Part shown: positions 13,801 to 26,128 of the stretch, piece by piece
Numbering within the stretch: the stretch's first letter is position 1
Layout: every line of letters begins with the position of its first letter
Assembly (NCBI GenBank): GCA_047495785.1
Contig: JBLDXI010000015.1
Location: forward strand, 5,022,001-5,086,000
From: Lepidodermella squamata
Taxonomy: Eukaryota > Animalia > Gastrotricha
Direction of reading: 5' to 3'
Length of the DNA: 64,000 bases
Notes under the pieces: generated by a model
What the model saw: the letters and a program-made list of their open reading frames with translations, nothing else
Told to the model about the DNA's origin: nothing
The model's database searches: none
Program-made: the position numbers and the translations under genes

Positions 13801-16800
13801 TTGACAGTAAGAGGTGACGGACCACTGGCCATCAGCGCCGCACACAACACCGTCGCTGGGGCCGATGAGAATGTAGCCGGTGTCGCAGGTAATGCGGCCG
13901 CGTGCGCCAACGGTGTTGCCGGCGACGGAGATCGAGCCGCGCTGGATCGTAGGTGAGCCGCTGCATTTGAGACCAGAAGCGCGGCACGTTGCAGCAGGCG
14001 GCGTCCACGAGCCGTCCAACACGCACTTGATGGTGGCGTCGGCGCCCGACACGTCGTAGCCGTTTTCACACTGCAGGCGAGCAGTCGCGCCCGGATAGGC
14101 ACGGTCGCCGTCAAACACGTATCGCCCGTATGACACGGTTGGAATCTCGGCGCAAGCTGCACATATTGAAAACAAAACCGCAAATTAGTCATCAACACAT
14201 CGTTATCACACCATCTAATCTTCAAGCGCTACTAATTAAGTACGAAATAGATTTACAAAATAAAAACAAAAGACAAAAGCTGAGGAAGTTGTAACTCAAA
14301 ACACGCAAGACACCATTAATGAACGGAAGCGAGGCGGGTTTACGGACGGTGACAACACAGTCAACAAACTTGGAAGTTGCTCGCAATAGCCGGGATAGGC
14401 CGGCTGCCACTGACCGCGGTCGGTGCAAGTGATGACGATAGGCTCGCGGGCTGTGAAGCCGACGTCGCACTCGAGACTGGCGACGGCGCCGGGGACGACG
14501 CCATCGTCGGTGAGAGCACGGCGCCGAACGGCCGAGCCCGGGCTTTTCCACAACCCGATGACCGTGTAACGGCCATTCGAGATGTTCGGAAGCCCACTAC
14601 AACGAGCTTGGCCTGGTGAAGGATCATTAACCATTGCAATAATGAAATTAAGGTGACGTTTCGATTGAATCATTTTCAAGTGAGGAAGTGGTGATAAACA
14701 AGCAAAAAAATACGAGAGAATTTGTGACATACCTGCGACGCAGATTCCAGGCTGTTCCCAGTTGCCGGTCGAGTCGCACTTGATTGTCGTAGCATTGAAA
14801 GGCCGAAGACCAACTTGGCAGATAAGCGTAGCCGTCGTATCGACAGTGTATGGCTCGTCCGATGAGGGGCGGTAATAACCCTTGTTGACCTGGGGCAAGT
14901 TGTAGCATCCTAAAATTTGAGCAAAATGCCAACTAGTATCGGAAATGGATTCTGTGAATTTCGCTAACTTGTCCGCTGGCAAAGGCCTTGAGCTCCGTCC
15001 CAAGTGCCCTCATCGGTGCAAATCAAGGTCGCAGGTACTAGAAGTTTGTAGCCGTACTTGCAGTCGAAAGTTGCCCGGGTGCTGACAGGGTAAACGCCCG
15101 TGTCGCCAACAGCCAGGTTGTACGAATACTGAGCGCCAATATTTGTCGGTGGTTCTTGGCAGCCTGTAATTGAATTAAAAATACCCGTTAACAAATTGCA
15201 AGAGGGTAGCCGCCACACAAAAGCAAAAATCAAAACAGTTGGTTAGGCCCTATCAGCGGGATTATTTTTTTCACCACCAAGTGGAGGCGCATGCGTGGTG
15301 GTAGTATTAGGACTGACAACAAAAAAGGCAACACAAAAACGAAACGAAAAAATGCCGATTAAAAGCGTATTAAAAGCTACGAAGCTTCGCGATCAAAGAA
15401 ACGCGATTTTGAACTAGGCGTGTGCGAGCGGTTATTCTTGGTAGGTGATGTTGTGCGCCGTCACGGCACACGAGTAAAAGGCACAACACGCAACGACGAG
15501 GAGGGTCGACGTTTCTTACCGGCAGGCGTGCAATCTGGCGGGCGCGTCCACGTTCCGTCAGACTGACAGAAGACGACGCGGGGGCCTGTGTCAATGCGGA
15601 AGCCCGGCGCACACGTCACCGTGCGCTGGGCGCTGATGTAAGACTCGCCGCTTTCGATTCGGCCATTGCGAATCGCCGGCACAGGACCGCAGGAACCTGA
15701 TTTTTCAGTTTCATTCACATTTCACATGATTGTTGATTAGGCAGATTAGGGTTATAAGGCGGAGCGATTAATAAAGATTCTATCTACTATCAACTATACC
15801 CCAACTAAAAGGTCAGTCGGGATCAGTATTTAGGTTTAGAATTAAATTGTCGACTTGTTAAAATCATTAGTTGCATTTAAAAGTGGTTTTTTCGAGGTTC
15901 ATCGAGACGGTGGGGGTGAAACTGACCTCGCGATCCGCCAGCAGCGCCTACAACACAACGTGGCGGCGGGCTGCTCCAGTAAGAGTCCGACTGGCACGTG
16001 ATTGTCGAGCCGCCGCTTCGAACGTAGCCGGGATTGCAAACCACGGTTCGAGTGCTGTTGCAAGTTGACAAACCGTCGCTGATCGCACCGTTTTCGATCG
16101 TTGGCAAACCGTCAGCGCCGCACTCTACAACCAATATTTAGGACGATCCCAGGTGGAATTAGACAAAGGAACTTACCGACGATCTTGCAGTAGAGCTGGG
16201 TCGTTGTCCACAGCAGCTGACGACCGCATCGAATGAACGGTGTTGATTGTCCAGCGCGTTCGTAGCAGTCATTGCAGCGCATTTCCAACACGGCGCCGAC
16301 GCTGCGGTTCGTCGCAGCACCCTCGCCAGTCGGCAGTTTGTTCACCACCCAGTAGCCATTGCCGATGATCGGAGGATCGGGGCAGGCAGCTGTAGTAAAA
16401 TAAGCAAATATCTCAAAGTTTCTGGAAAAATCGGAAATAACTCACATGACTCTTCGGCTTCTTGTTCGTTACCACACAGGCAGGTCGGCGGTTTCGGCTG
16501 CCACTGGCCTGACTCACTGCAGCGAAGTTCGGCAACGCCGAGCATGACGCAGTCGGGCCGTGTGCACTTGTAAGTTGCGATCGAGTTGAATAGGCGAGAC
16601 GAGAATTGGCGCGTTGCCATGTTCACCTGGGGAGGGTGTGGGCAGACGAGCGGCAGGCAAGATGGCGGTGTCGACCACTGGCCGTCCGATTGGCAAACGA
16701 TGCGTGGGAAGTTCTGCATAACGTAGCCGTCCATACAGTCGTACCACCGCTCCGTGCCTTCCTTCGTGCCCTGGCCGCGGAGCAGAGCGTTCTCGACAGC

Positions 16801-19464
16801 AGTCGGTTCGCCACAGTCAACGGTCGAGGCGTGTTCGCTCGGTTGGATGGGGTTGCACACTGGCGGACGGGTCCACTGGCCGGAGTCGAGACACACGATC
16901 ACGCTGTTTCCGGTCATGACGAAGCCAGAATCGCACTTGTATTGCCGGGTATCGCCGTACTGTTGGCCGCCACTGCCGCCGCTCAGATGGCCACCAGCAA
17001 CATCTGGCGGCTTGCCACACCTGCTCGCCGACGCCTGGGTAGTTTTCGGCGCTTCCGTCGTCGCCGTTGTAGTGGTCGACGGTTCAGCGGTTGTCGTAGT
17101 CGTTGGCTTGGGGATTGGCAAGCAGCGAGCAGGCAGGCTCCAAATGCCACCCTTCTCGCAAGTAACGGTCGGAATAGCGGTATCAAGCAGACGGTAGCCG
17201 TCATGGCAGCGAACGTTGCGAGTGGCACCGATTTCGCTCGAGCCTCCGCCGACATGTCCGTTCTCCACCGATGGAACGTCGCCGCAGGTGGACTTGACGC
17301 AACGCGGGGTGCGAGACCATTCGCCTTCGCGGCACGTCACTGTAGCACGGCCATCCTCCATCTCGTAGCCGGCCTGGCAAGCGTAGGTAATCGTCTGTTC
17401 GACAATCTTCAACACACGAGCGTTGTGAACAATTGGTGGCGGTGGGCAAGCATCAGCAGCCGTGCTTTCGATCACCGCAGACATGAGCACCAATCGCTGT
17501 TGCATGGTCTCGCCAAAGTCCTGAACAGGCTGGCTGTCGGCGTCTTGTTTGGAAATGCGAGCTCGGAAGCAGTTGGTGAAGTCTTCTGGTGCGAAGCCCT
17601 CGCTCTCGTCCTGATCGGCAAAGCCAACCGAACCAGCCCGAGCGGATGAGTCGTACATAACACCGATGAGATCGCCAGGCTGCACGGCGATTCGCTCAGT
17701 CTCGGCAACATCGAAGCTCTTAAGGCCAAGAATGTTCGGATAGACCTGGTTGTAGCCGACAAGGCGATACTTCCGCTTGCCGCCGCTGACCGCACGCCAA
17801 ACGCTCAGGTAGGTTGGGGTGCTGTCGTCGGCAGCTGACATGATCTGCCAGCGCTTGATGCGGCCAGCGCATGGCGCCATGACGTTCGGGCAGACATTAA
17901 GCCAGACGCCGGGGCGGCGGCTCGGAACTCGGTTCGAGAGGTTCGGTCCGATTTGACACGAGTCACCTGCGGCAGAAGCTTGAACAGGCGAGTGGGCCAT
18001 CGCCATTTCAGCGAGTTGGCTTGGTGGCAGCGCAGCAGGCCGGGCGTTGTTAGAGCGCTGGTTCGCAATACGAGCCGATCCGCCCTGCACGTGAGCTCTG
18101 ATCAACACGAGGCGTTTAGTCTGAGTATCGCCAAAGTCAAGCGCGTTGGACGAAGAGCGGACATCCTCGACGAAAATGCGCTTTTTGACGCAGATCTGCA
18201 GGTCAGAAACGCGGTAGCCGTCGAGGACACGCTCATCGACGAATGGCACAACGCCGATAGAGGTTGCCGAGTCGTAAAGTACACCGAGCACATCGCCGGT
18301 TTGCACGGCGAAACGCTCAGCTGGTGGCACGTCGTAAGAAGCCGGGCCGAAGTGTGTTGCGATAACGCGAGTCATACCCACAAGGTTGAATTTGGTGCGC
18401 GAACCGGCGGCAGGCCGGAAGACGGCTAGATAGGCGGGGGTGCCGTCTTCGAGCGCACTGAAAAACTCCCAGCGGAATAACTGGCCGTCACAGGCGATAG
18501 TCATAGTCGGGCAAACGTTGAGGAAGTTTCCAGGGATGCGGCTGATCGGCTCTGCCTGGATCGGAACGCCGGTCGTGCAAGTTCCACCGGGACGTGCGAC
18601 CGAGGTCGCGAAGTCCTGTGACGAGTCGCCGTAGGTTGACTGTTGTATCGGCGCATCGGTAGCACGGCGTGGCGACGGCGGGGGCTGCGGAGAGTACGAC
18701 GAATCGGAAACTTCAGCAATGGCCTGCATCATGAGAATGCGGTCGACGTAAGCTTCGCCCAGTGAGAAAATCTTTCCGGGTACATCGAGATCTTGGCCGA
18801 AGACAGCGACCGTGACGCAGTTGTCACGCTCGCGGTCTGTGTAGCCAAGCGTCGCCCATGGTACGACGCCGCCGTAAGAGCGCGGGTCGTAAGCGACTCC
18901 GACGAAATCGCCCGGTAGCACACGGATTTGCTCCTCTGGATCTGTCAGTACGATCTCAACGTAGCCTTTTTGGTTCATCTGGCGCGAGACCTTGCCGACG
19001 AAGGTGTAAACGCCGGCCTCGCCAGTCGGTCGCCACACGATAAGGTGGGCCGACATTCCGTTGTCTTTTATGCTCAGCATGCGCCAGCGAACCAAAAAAC
19101 CGGCACACTTGAACGTCATGGTGGGGCACGCGACCATTGCCACACCGGGGATGCGCGGCGCTACACCTTTCCTTAAGTCTTTTCCAGCAGCACATTGATC
19201 TATTGACAAAAAATCATGAGGCTATTAATAGATGTGGTACATAGGCAAGAAAAAAAACTGACTCGATTCGAGAGCGGGAGGTAGCGAAGTGTTTTCCTCG
19301 TAGAATAGGGCGTTTTCAACGGGTCCGTGATCATCAGCGAGAGACGCGTGCGCGGCAGGCGCGGCACGGTCGAACAGCAGTAACGCAAGGACGGCGTAAA
19401 CGACGGCGCCAGCGTGGCGCCACTTGGTCGTCGACGGCCGCCGTTGCAGCGAAAATCGGCGCAT
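4829..19464 (-). CDS. Giant type I transmembrane protein (~3550 aa): signal peptide, ~29 Sushi/CCP modules, 7 copies of an unnamed ~150-aa domain, 3 EB-like Cys-rich repeats, TM helix and Ser/Thr-rich tail
   Basis: Exons (minus strand): 19464-19263, 19199-16446, 16389-16177, 16124-15927, 15696-15520, 15163-14969, 14909-14733, 14612-14370, 14156-13794, 13656-13477, 13112-12939, 12790-12620, 12416-12222, 11831-11664, 11527-11324, 11114-10122, 9853-8867, 8813-7914, 7861-7555, 7371-7345, 7139-6937, 6631-6455, 6398-5406, 5342-5147, 5087-4829. All introns are GT-AG and phase-compatible. The CCP pattern C..P...NG...C..G[YF]...C...G.W...P.C recurs. TM segment LVLPAVLASLAAICIGGVFCVAVVLV is followed by RRKR. 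Confidence 0.9.
7345..7371 (-). CDS. 27-nt frame-preserving microexon of the Sushi gene (encodes HTLTYKRG)
   Basis: ttgttcatcag|ACACACGCTTACTTATAAGCGCGGAAG|gtaacg. It is phase 2 at both ends, matching the flanking exons, and has no stop. Confidence 0.6.
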
Positions 19465-22400
19465 GGTCGTAGGTAAGCAGCAGCGAGCCTCACTCGTTTC
19501 AGGTTAACTCGTGCTCGATAGTGAGGCTTGGTTGATGGTTGCCTATCGTTTTATCTGCTTTAATGCACGCAGGTAGAAGTGTTGCGTCTAACAAGAACGC
19601 CACTAATTCTGAGCAGCGTTTTTCTCAATAAATAAAAAAGAGAACCTATCAAATGGGGTAAAAAGACCAAAAAAATGAGCTCGAAATACAATTGTCTTCA
19701 TATCAAATGCCGGTTAGTGCCGTGTCAAACGCGGTTGGTAGATGGATTGACGAGAAAAAACTCTAGAAGAAAGCGATATGTCACCGCGGTTCTTGAGCAG
19801 ATGAGCGCTCATCAGGACACGCTGGCCACCGCGGCTGTCAATGAGCGGGTCATCGGCGAGTGCGCTGGGCGCTGAATGCCGGCTATCCGTGGGCGTGCGA
19901 GGCACTCGACTGGGGAGCGTCAATGGCGCCGCGCAGCAGAAAACACGGCGCTCGCGTTGAAAGGCGCTGGGAATTCGCCGACGACGAGAAAAGTCGACTC
20001 GTCAGTGAGTGATGGATGGCGTTAATTTGAAAGTCTACTCGACATTACGACAACGTGCGCGAAAAGACAGCGCGCGATGAATATTTTATGAATTTTGTTT
20101 ACGGGCGTCGCGGCCCTTGGCTGAAAGACGACAGCGAAGATGACGACGATGACGACAACGGCGAAACAGCAGAAGCAGTTGTTTTGCGGCGAAAAAGGCG
20201 CGCCTTTGGTTGTTTGTATTTTGGGCAGGCCGGTGCGCCGGCATGTCAATTTCCTTTTTGTCAATGCCGATGGCACATACGTGAATGAGATAGCCGGCCT
20301 GCGACTAAAGCGAGCATATTAAAGGCGATGCAAGACGACGACTGTGTCGCAGCAGATACTTGTGTTTATTGTTATTATTTTGGTTTGATAACGAGCAGCC
20401 GATCTGCCTTAATAAACGTAAACCGAGCGATATTGGCCGGACAGCAGCAGGTAATATTCCTTAGAAAAACAATAACAAAGCGCAATAATACAAGTCGCTC
20501 CCACGTAAAAACAATGCTACACCTATAACGATCGGCTAGTTGGCCCGAAAAACAGAGTAAAAAATAAACACGGACAAGCTGTGAAAGCGCATTCAAAGCA
20601 AGTACCTACCCATTCATGGGGCTAAACGGCTTATAATAGCATGAAAGAGAATCTACTGTCGATGGCAAGATCAAGGCCAGAGATCAAGACGCGCTTAAAA
20701 CAAGCCTTAAAACACATTCTGCTTCTGATTGCGGCTAGCGTAATTATTGTTGACGTTTGACGTTGCCTACATCGAGCTGCTTGTGATGCGCGTATAAGTA
20801 ATAAATATTAAATGCCGGTTAGTTTTTTTCGCTCTTCGCCTTGGTGTTCGCAGCACTTGACATGGGGCCGAACGAGCGGCACACGCGAGATTATTACAGG
20901 AGCAATAAGGAACGAGAGCCACGAAATGTGTGTCACGGCAGCGCGAGATGATGTAGTAGAGGTAAGAAGGGGCGGTGGTCGGTGCTGGTAGCAGCACTGG
21001 GCAATGTCGCGCCATAATTCGACAGTAAAGTTGAAATTAGCATTTTGTTATCTAACTACAATGGGTAGTAGGCGGCAGTAGAGGGAGCGTAGTAAAAAAC
21101 AAACTCGTCGCAGAGATAGTTACCAACACATAAGACAACAACGCTCGCAGCCGGCCGGTGAATAGCTCTATTCAGGAATTTCATGGAAGAATTTGGAGCT
21201 GACAACGACAGCACAGATGAAGAAAGCCAGATAGGCATCGGCTAGGTGATATTATTATACATAATTTCGGTGTTTTTATTGTTTGTTATAGAGACGAAAT
21301 AATAAAAATTGTTGAACTGCGGCTGTGCGCACAATAGCGAAGCATTTTAATAAACACAGCTAGCCGAGCTTCGACGTCGTGGCACAAAGGCGCCAAAAAC
21401 GACGTTCATTGTAGGAAGTGCGCGGCGTTGACGCCGTTTGACGACGGCCCATTACACCGCATGATGCGTTAGAGAAGCGTTAAAGAAACGCGCTCATTAG
21501 CAATGCGCTTGTGGGCCGATTTCTTTCTCTCTTCTTCCACGCAAAAACAAATAAACTCGTGCGAGCGCGCGCGCGCAGAAAGGACCCGCGCCAGGAAGCC
21601 AGCAACTGCGCTTGATCTCTATCTTGAAGAAGAAACAAAGAAAGAGAGAAAGAAAGAGAGAAAGACCGAAAATAATGAATTGCAAGAGTTAATTTTGGGT
21701 AGCGCAGTTTACTAATTTACTAGTTGTATTACCGCTACAGTGTACGCGCGGTGACAAGCGCGCTATGTGAGGGCGCTCGAGCGTTGAAATTCGAGTGCAA
21801 CAAAACGAGAACGCGAAGTTGCCCGGCGTGAGTTCATTTATTGCCGTGGCAGTGTAGCTGTTACAATTTCAGCGGCACTGCGCGTCGACGCACGGGCCCA
21901 AAAGCACTGCTGCTGCTCTTTCCCGTGCGACTGCCGCTGCGCTTCGCCGCAGCCGCAACACAACCACCACCACCACCACCACAACCAGGTAAATTGGCGA
22001 TGAGCTATCACAAGCCGCTAGCTACGCAGCTGCTGAGTACCTTCTTCAGCTGAGATAGCCTCTTTAGCAGGACTGACTAGGCAATTAAAAACAATGCAGC
22101 AAGGTAACAATGGAGATGACTAGTATCAAAACCTAAAAAGTTTTGAGAAGGTTCTCCTTACTTCAAAACCGTAATGGCTTTTCTCACGGTTGAGAGCAGC
22201 AAAAACAATGGAAGAGCCTAAAACCATGTCAACTGGGGTCTGGAACACGGCGGAAATGCAGAGACTTGAGAACTTGAATCTGGAAACGCCTAGAACTGCC
22301 AAAACTTCAAAATTCAAAATATCGAAAACTTATAACCTTGCAGAACCGATTGTCCCGCATTTAAGTGTAGAAAGTAATTGAAGCTCATGATCACGCGAAA

Positions 22401-25400
22401 TGGAAAATGGAAAATATTCAAAATATGTGTTACTTCAAACTATGCCTAAAATTACAAATTTCTTATTGAGACGATGTTTGCAAAATTCTGAGCTGGAAAT
22501 TAACCGAGTTTCTGATGCTATAGGTGACTATAAAGTAACTTGCTGCGATGATGACTTGGAATCGGTGGTTCGAAGTTTGATCCTTCGCTAATTTCCAAGT
22601 TAATAAAATAGGTATATCAAACTTCTACCTAGAAAAAGAATAAACTAAAAATTAACTGACAGTTAGGAATATAATATTAAACACTGTTTACTCTAAAGTT
22701 GCTTTCTAAAAGATTTGGTTAATATGCTTGACAGCTGAAGCGCGAGTAATGTCAGCTGGTAATGGTTTTGAACGTGCAAAGGAACGACTGAAAGTGAAAG
22801 TTGTCACGTGCAAGGTCTTAAATAGGTGACTGGCGTCAACGCTGGTTTGGTCAATAGCTGACCTCATAAGCGCTGACGAACGGGAGGACAGTCGCACTGA
22901 TGGCACTGCTATATTAGGCTGTTTGAGGACTGCTTAATTGACTGCGCAAGTTAATTGCCCGCGCGAATAATAGGCCTGAGGTCAGCTGCGGATCGCTTTC
23001 ACGGCGCCGGCGTGTGTGGCTCAAACGTCAACGCTCAAACGCTCATCGCCAGAGATTGCGTCACGGCCGAGCGCGATGGCAATTCGAGATGAAGCCGCGA
23101 TGGAGTCCCCGCATACCTGCGCAGGGGCCAAGCGCGGCGAGTGGGTGTCATCGCACGGTTATGACGAACAACGCGGAAAGAGCAATAAACTTGTTGTCTG
23201 CGGCCGCCGTCACCGTCGGCGTGCTGATGTGCATCGGCCGGAGAATTTATGCGCGGCCAGCCGTGTCGACGAGGACACGCCGCGGCGTCGACGGGCCGCC
23301 AGCGAGCGAGCGAACGAAAGAGCGCGCGCGATGACAAGTCAATAAAAGGCCAAACAACGGTTACGGGCGATGAGCAGCGCGATAACAGCCGTTGTCATCA
23401 GGTGAGCGGCTAACAAAGGTGCAGCAGCATCGTGCAAAATAATCAACTGCCGCCGCTGTTCGAAGACTTGATTAGCGCACGTTAATGACAGGTCAGCCGG
23501 TGGTTACGCCGAAAAATCGCTGCCTTCATTAGCAGCGTGCGCAACAAAAGCGCATCAACAACAAGAAGTGTTGGGTTAGCGCACGGACACTGAACAAGAC
23601 AACGAGCGATTCGGTTACAGCTCATCGTGCCGCGCTTTGATGACAATGGTCTCGCTTCCAGCCGCCGCTCGTTTCCAGTCGCTTCCATCCATTCGATTGA
23701 CGCGCGCGCTTCACGCCGGTGCAATGCGACACTTTTGGCGCGTCGTAGCATTTCGCAACCGAACAACGGAAAAATCACGTCGCACGCATAACCGCTATTT
23801 TCAGCAGTGTTGGTAGGTTCAAGTAGTAACAATAATCATCCATCGCCGTTTGCATCACCTAGAAAGAGGAAAGTTCGAGAAAAAAGTGGGCGCATGGAAT
23901 TCATTGAAGTTAAGTATACAGTACATAGGTATCCAATTTACGGTAAGCGGAAACCGCAGACATAACAGGTTGCCGTTGTTTTCAAGCCCCGCGCCATCAT
24001 CGTTGAATGTTATATTTAGCAACAGAAAAATTAACGCGCCAGGCAAATAAATTGATGGCAAACATGATCGCCGTCGACGTGGCTTTTCTGACAAGCCGCG
24101 GCTGTTTGTTGAAAAATAGGCAAAGCCAACAACGACGTCGTCGACTTGACGCAGCAGGCAAATAGCTGACAATGGGCTTCGCGCTCTCAGGCACGTCATC
24201 ACCGGCTATTGTTGTCAGTTTTTTGTGACTAAATGCGCGCTAATCGTGAAAATAATGTCGCCCAGGTTGTTGGACACCTCTCTCTCTTTCTCGCTCGCTG
24301 CGTGTTATTTGCGCTTCCTGTGTATAAGAGCAGTAATGTGCAGAGCCTAGTTGTGGCGGTGGTGGTGGTGGTGAGGATGGCAGACATAATCATGCGCGAG
24401 AGAAAAAAAGTGCTGCCGAAACGCGCGCTCGTTCGCCGTCGAGCTGTGCGCCAAGCGTTGTCGCTCTTGTCGAGTGTCAAACGATTATCGGAAAAAGAGG
24501 CGCGCTCGCTTATTTACACCTTTGAGCGCCTGAATGGTTCATCGGCGCACCACGTGGTCGCGTGATTGACGAGACGACTTAGCAGCCCGTGTAGTTAGTA
24601 GTTAGTGAGCGAGGCCTGAAGTGGCCGTGCACTTGGCCATGGGCCATGAAATATGGATGCACTTGCCAAGGACGCTAAGGCGCGCGAATTTATTTTTCCG
24701 ATTCGCGCGCGCGCGCTCGATCGCTCGCGTTAATGTTTAATCGTGTTGTTTCGCCGTCTTCGGCGCCCGCGCGCGCGTCGCAGCAGGTAGAAGTGCCGAC
24801 GTCCTCATCGTCCTCATCCTCGCTGTTGTTGATGTTGACGTCGTTGTTGCGTTGTTGTGGCACATCGATCGATCGGCAATGTGACGCGCGCCAACTTCTT
24901 CCGATCGCAACAGCGCCGAACATCCGCCCGCTCGTCTTTTGGCCAGCGCTCGTCGGCTGCCGACGATGTAACAATTAGCCAGCGCGTGCTATTGTTCCAC
25001 TCGGCGCCGAGAATATTTTATTAGAGTGAGACGATGCCGAGTTAGTTTACGTCAACAGTATCAAGCGCGAGTTTATTGCTTTATTGGCTTTCACCGCCCG
25101 GTCTTCGCTAATAGCTTCACTTCACCTAGGCTGCCTGCCTGACTGCATGGCACCAGCGCACAACATCGACAGGGCGTTTTCTGCTCGCGACGAGATGAGT
25201 GTGCATAAATAACGCACCGAGGGCTGTGCGAGTAAACTTTATGACACCCATCGTAATAATAATATCCTAATCTCGCCAGCGGTTTTCCTGCGCTAGCGCG
25301 TTCGAGTGCAACAAGGCTTCATTCGCGCGTTCCACTTGAACTCACAAATCACGGCCTGGCGATGAAAAAAGCGACTCTGACACGGCGCTGCGTTATAGTA

Positions 25401-26128
25401 GATGGCGCCGTAACTGCGTCGTACCTGTCGCAGCGTAGTCATCGCCAAGCAAAACAACACGGGTGGAAAGCGCATTAGCGATTTTCATTGTTTATCATTT
25501 ATTTTACTTTATAAATTATTCTGTAGCAGTTCACTGTGAGCATACAAACATTTCACAGTCTCTGAAAGCAGGGCAGCAGCAACAACCTTCATTGGATAGG
25601 TAATTAGACGAAAGCCAACAACAATTGATTTTGCACGCGGGATAAAGTGCTTACGCCGCGCGCTCAATCAGGACACTTGGCGCGTAGTTATAGTGCCGAC
25701 CGAGAATGGAATTCTCGATGAGACACGCTTCTCGGCGACAACAGCCCGCCCATCGCCCATCAGGAGCTATAAAATGATGAGCCACTAATGCGGCCTGCTG
25801 AAAATAGGACATCCGCGTATGAAAGTGTTTTTTTGGGAAAACAACGGAATAAACACAGGATTATAGATCCTTGCAGCAGACTCCGAAAGATTCTGTTTTC
25901 GTGAAAGAGCAGCCAAAGTCGCAAAGGTGCGATATTTACCTACAAAAAATTATCAACATCTCACACAGAAACAAACAAAAAAATATCGCAGCGGTTATCA
26001 AAACTTTTAATGCGGACGTGGCAATCACGATTAAGATGACAACATTTCTTATTTTCGGTCAGCTGAAATAAGATCACCACGTTTGTTATTATTATCGTTC
26101 CACGATTTTCTGACGTCGTGTAATTGTC

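Noticed and set aside
4840-19200. Many overlapping alternative-frame and antisense ORFs over the Sushi gene (likewise over CELF)
   Set aside because: These are shadow ORFs caused by GC-rich codon usage, with no independent motifs.
21847-21885. tggcagtgtagctg hairpin resembling the miR-34 5' end
   Set aside because: The stem is only about 12-15 bp and the mature sequence would run into the loop. Too short for a pre-miRNA.
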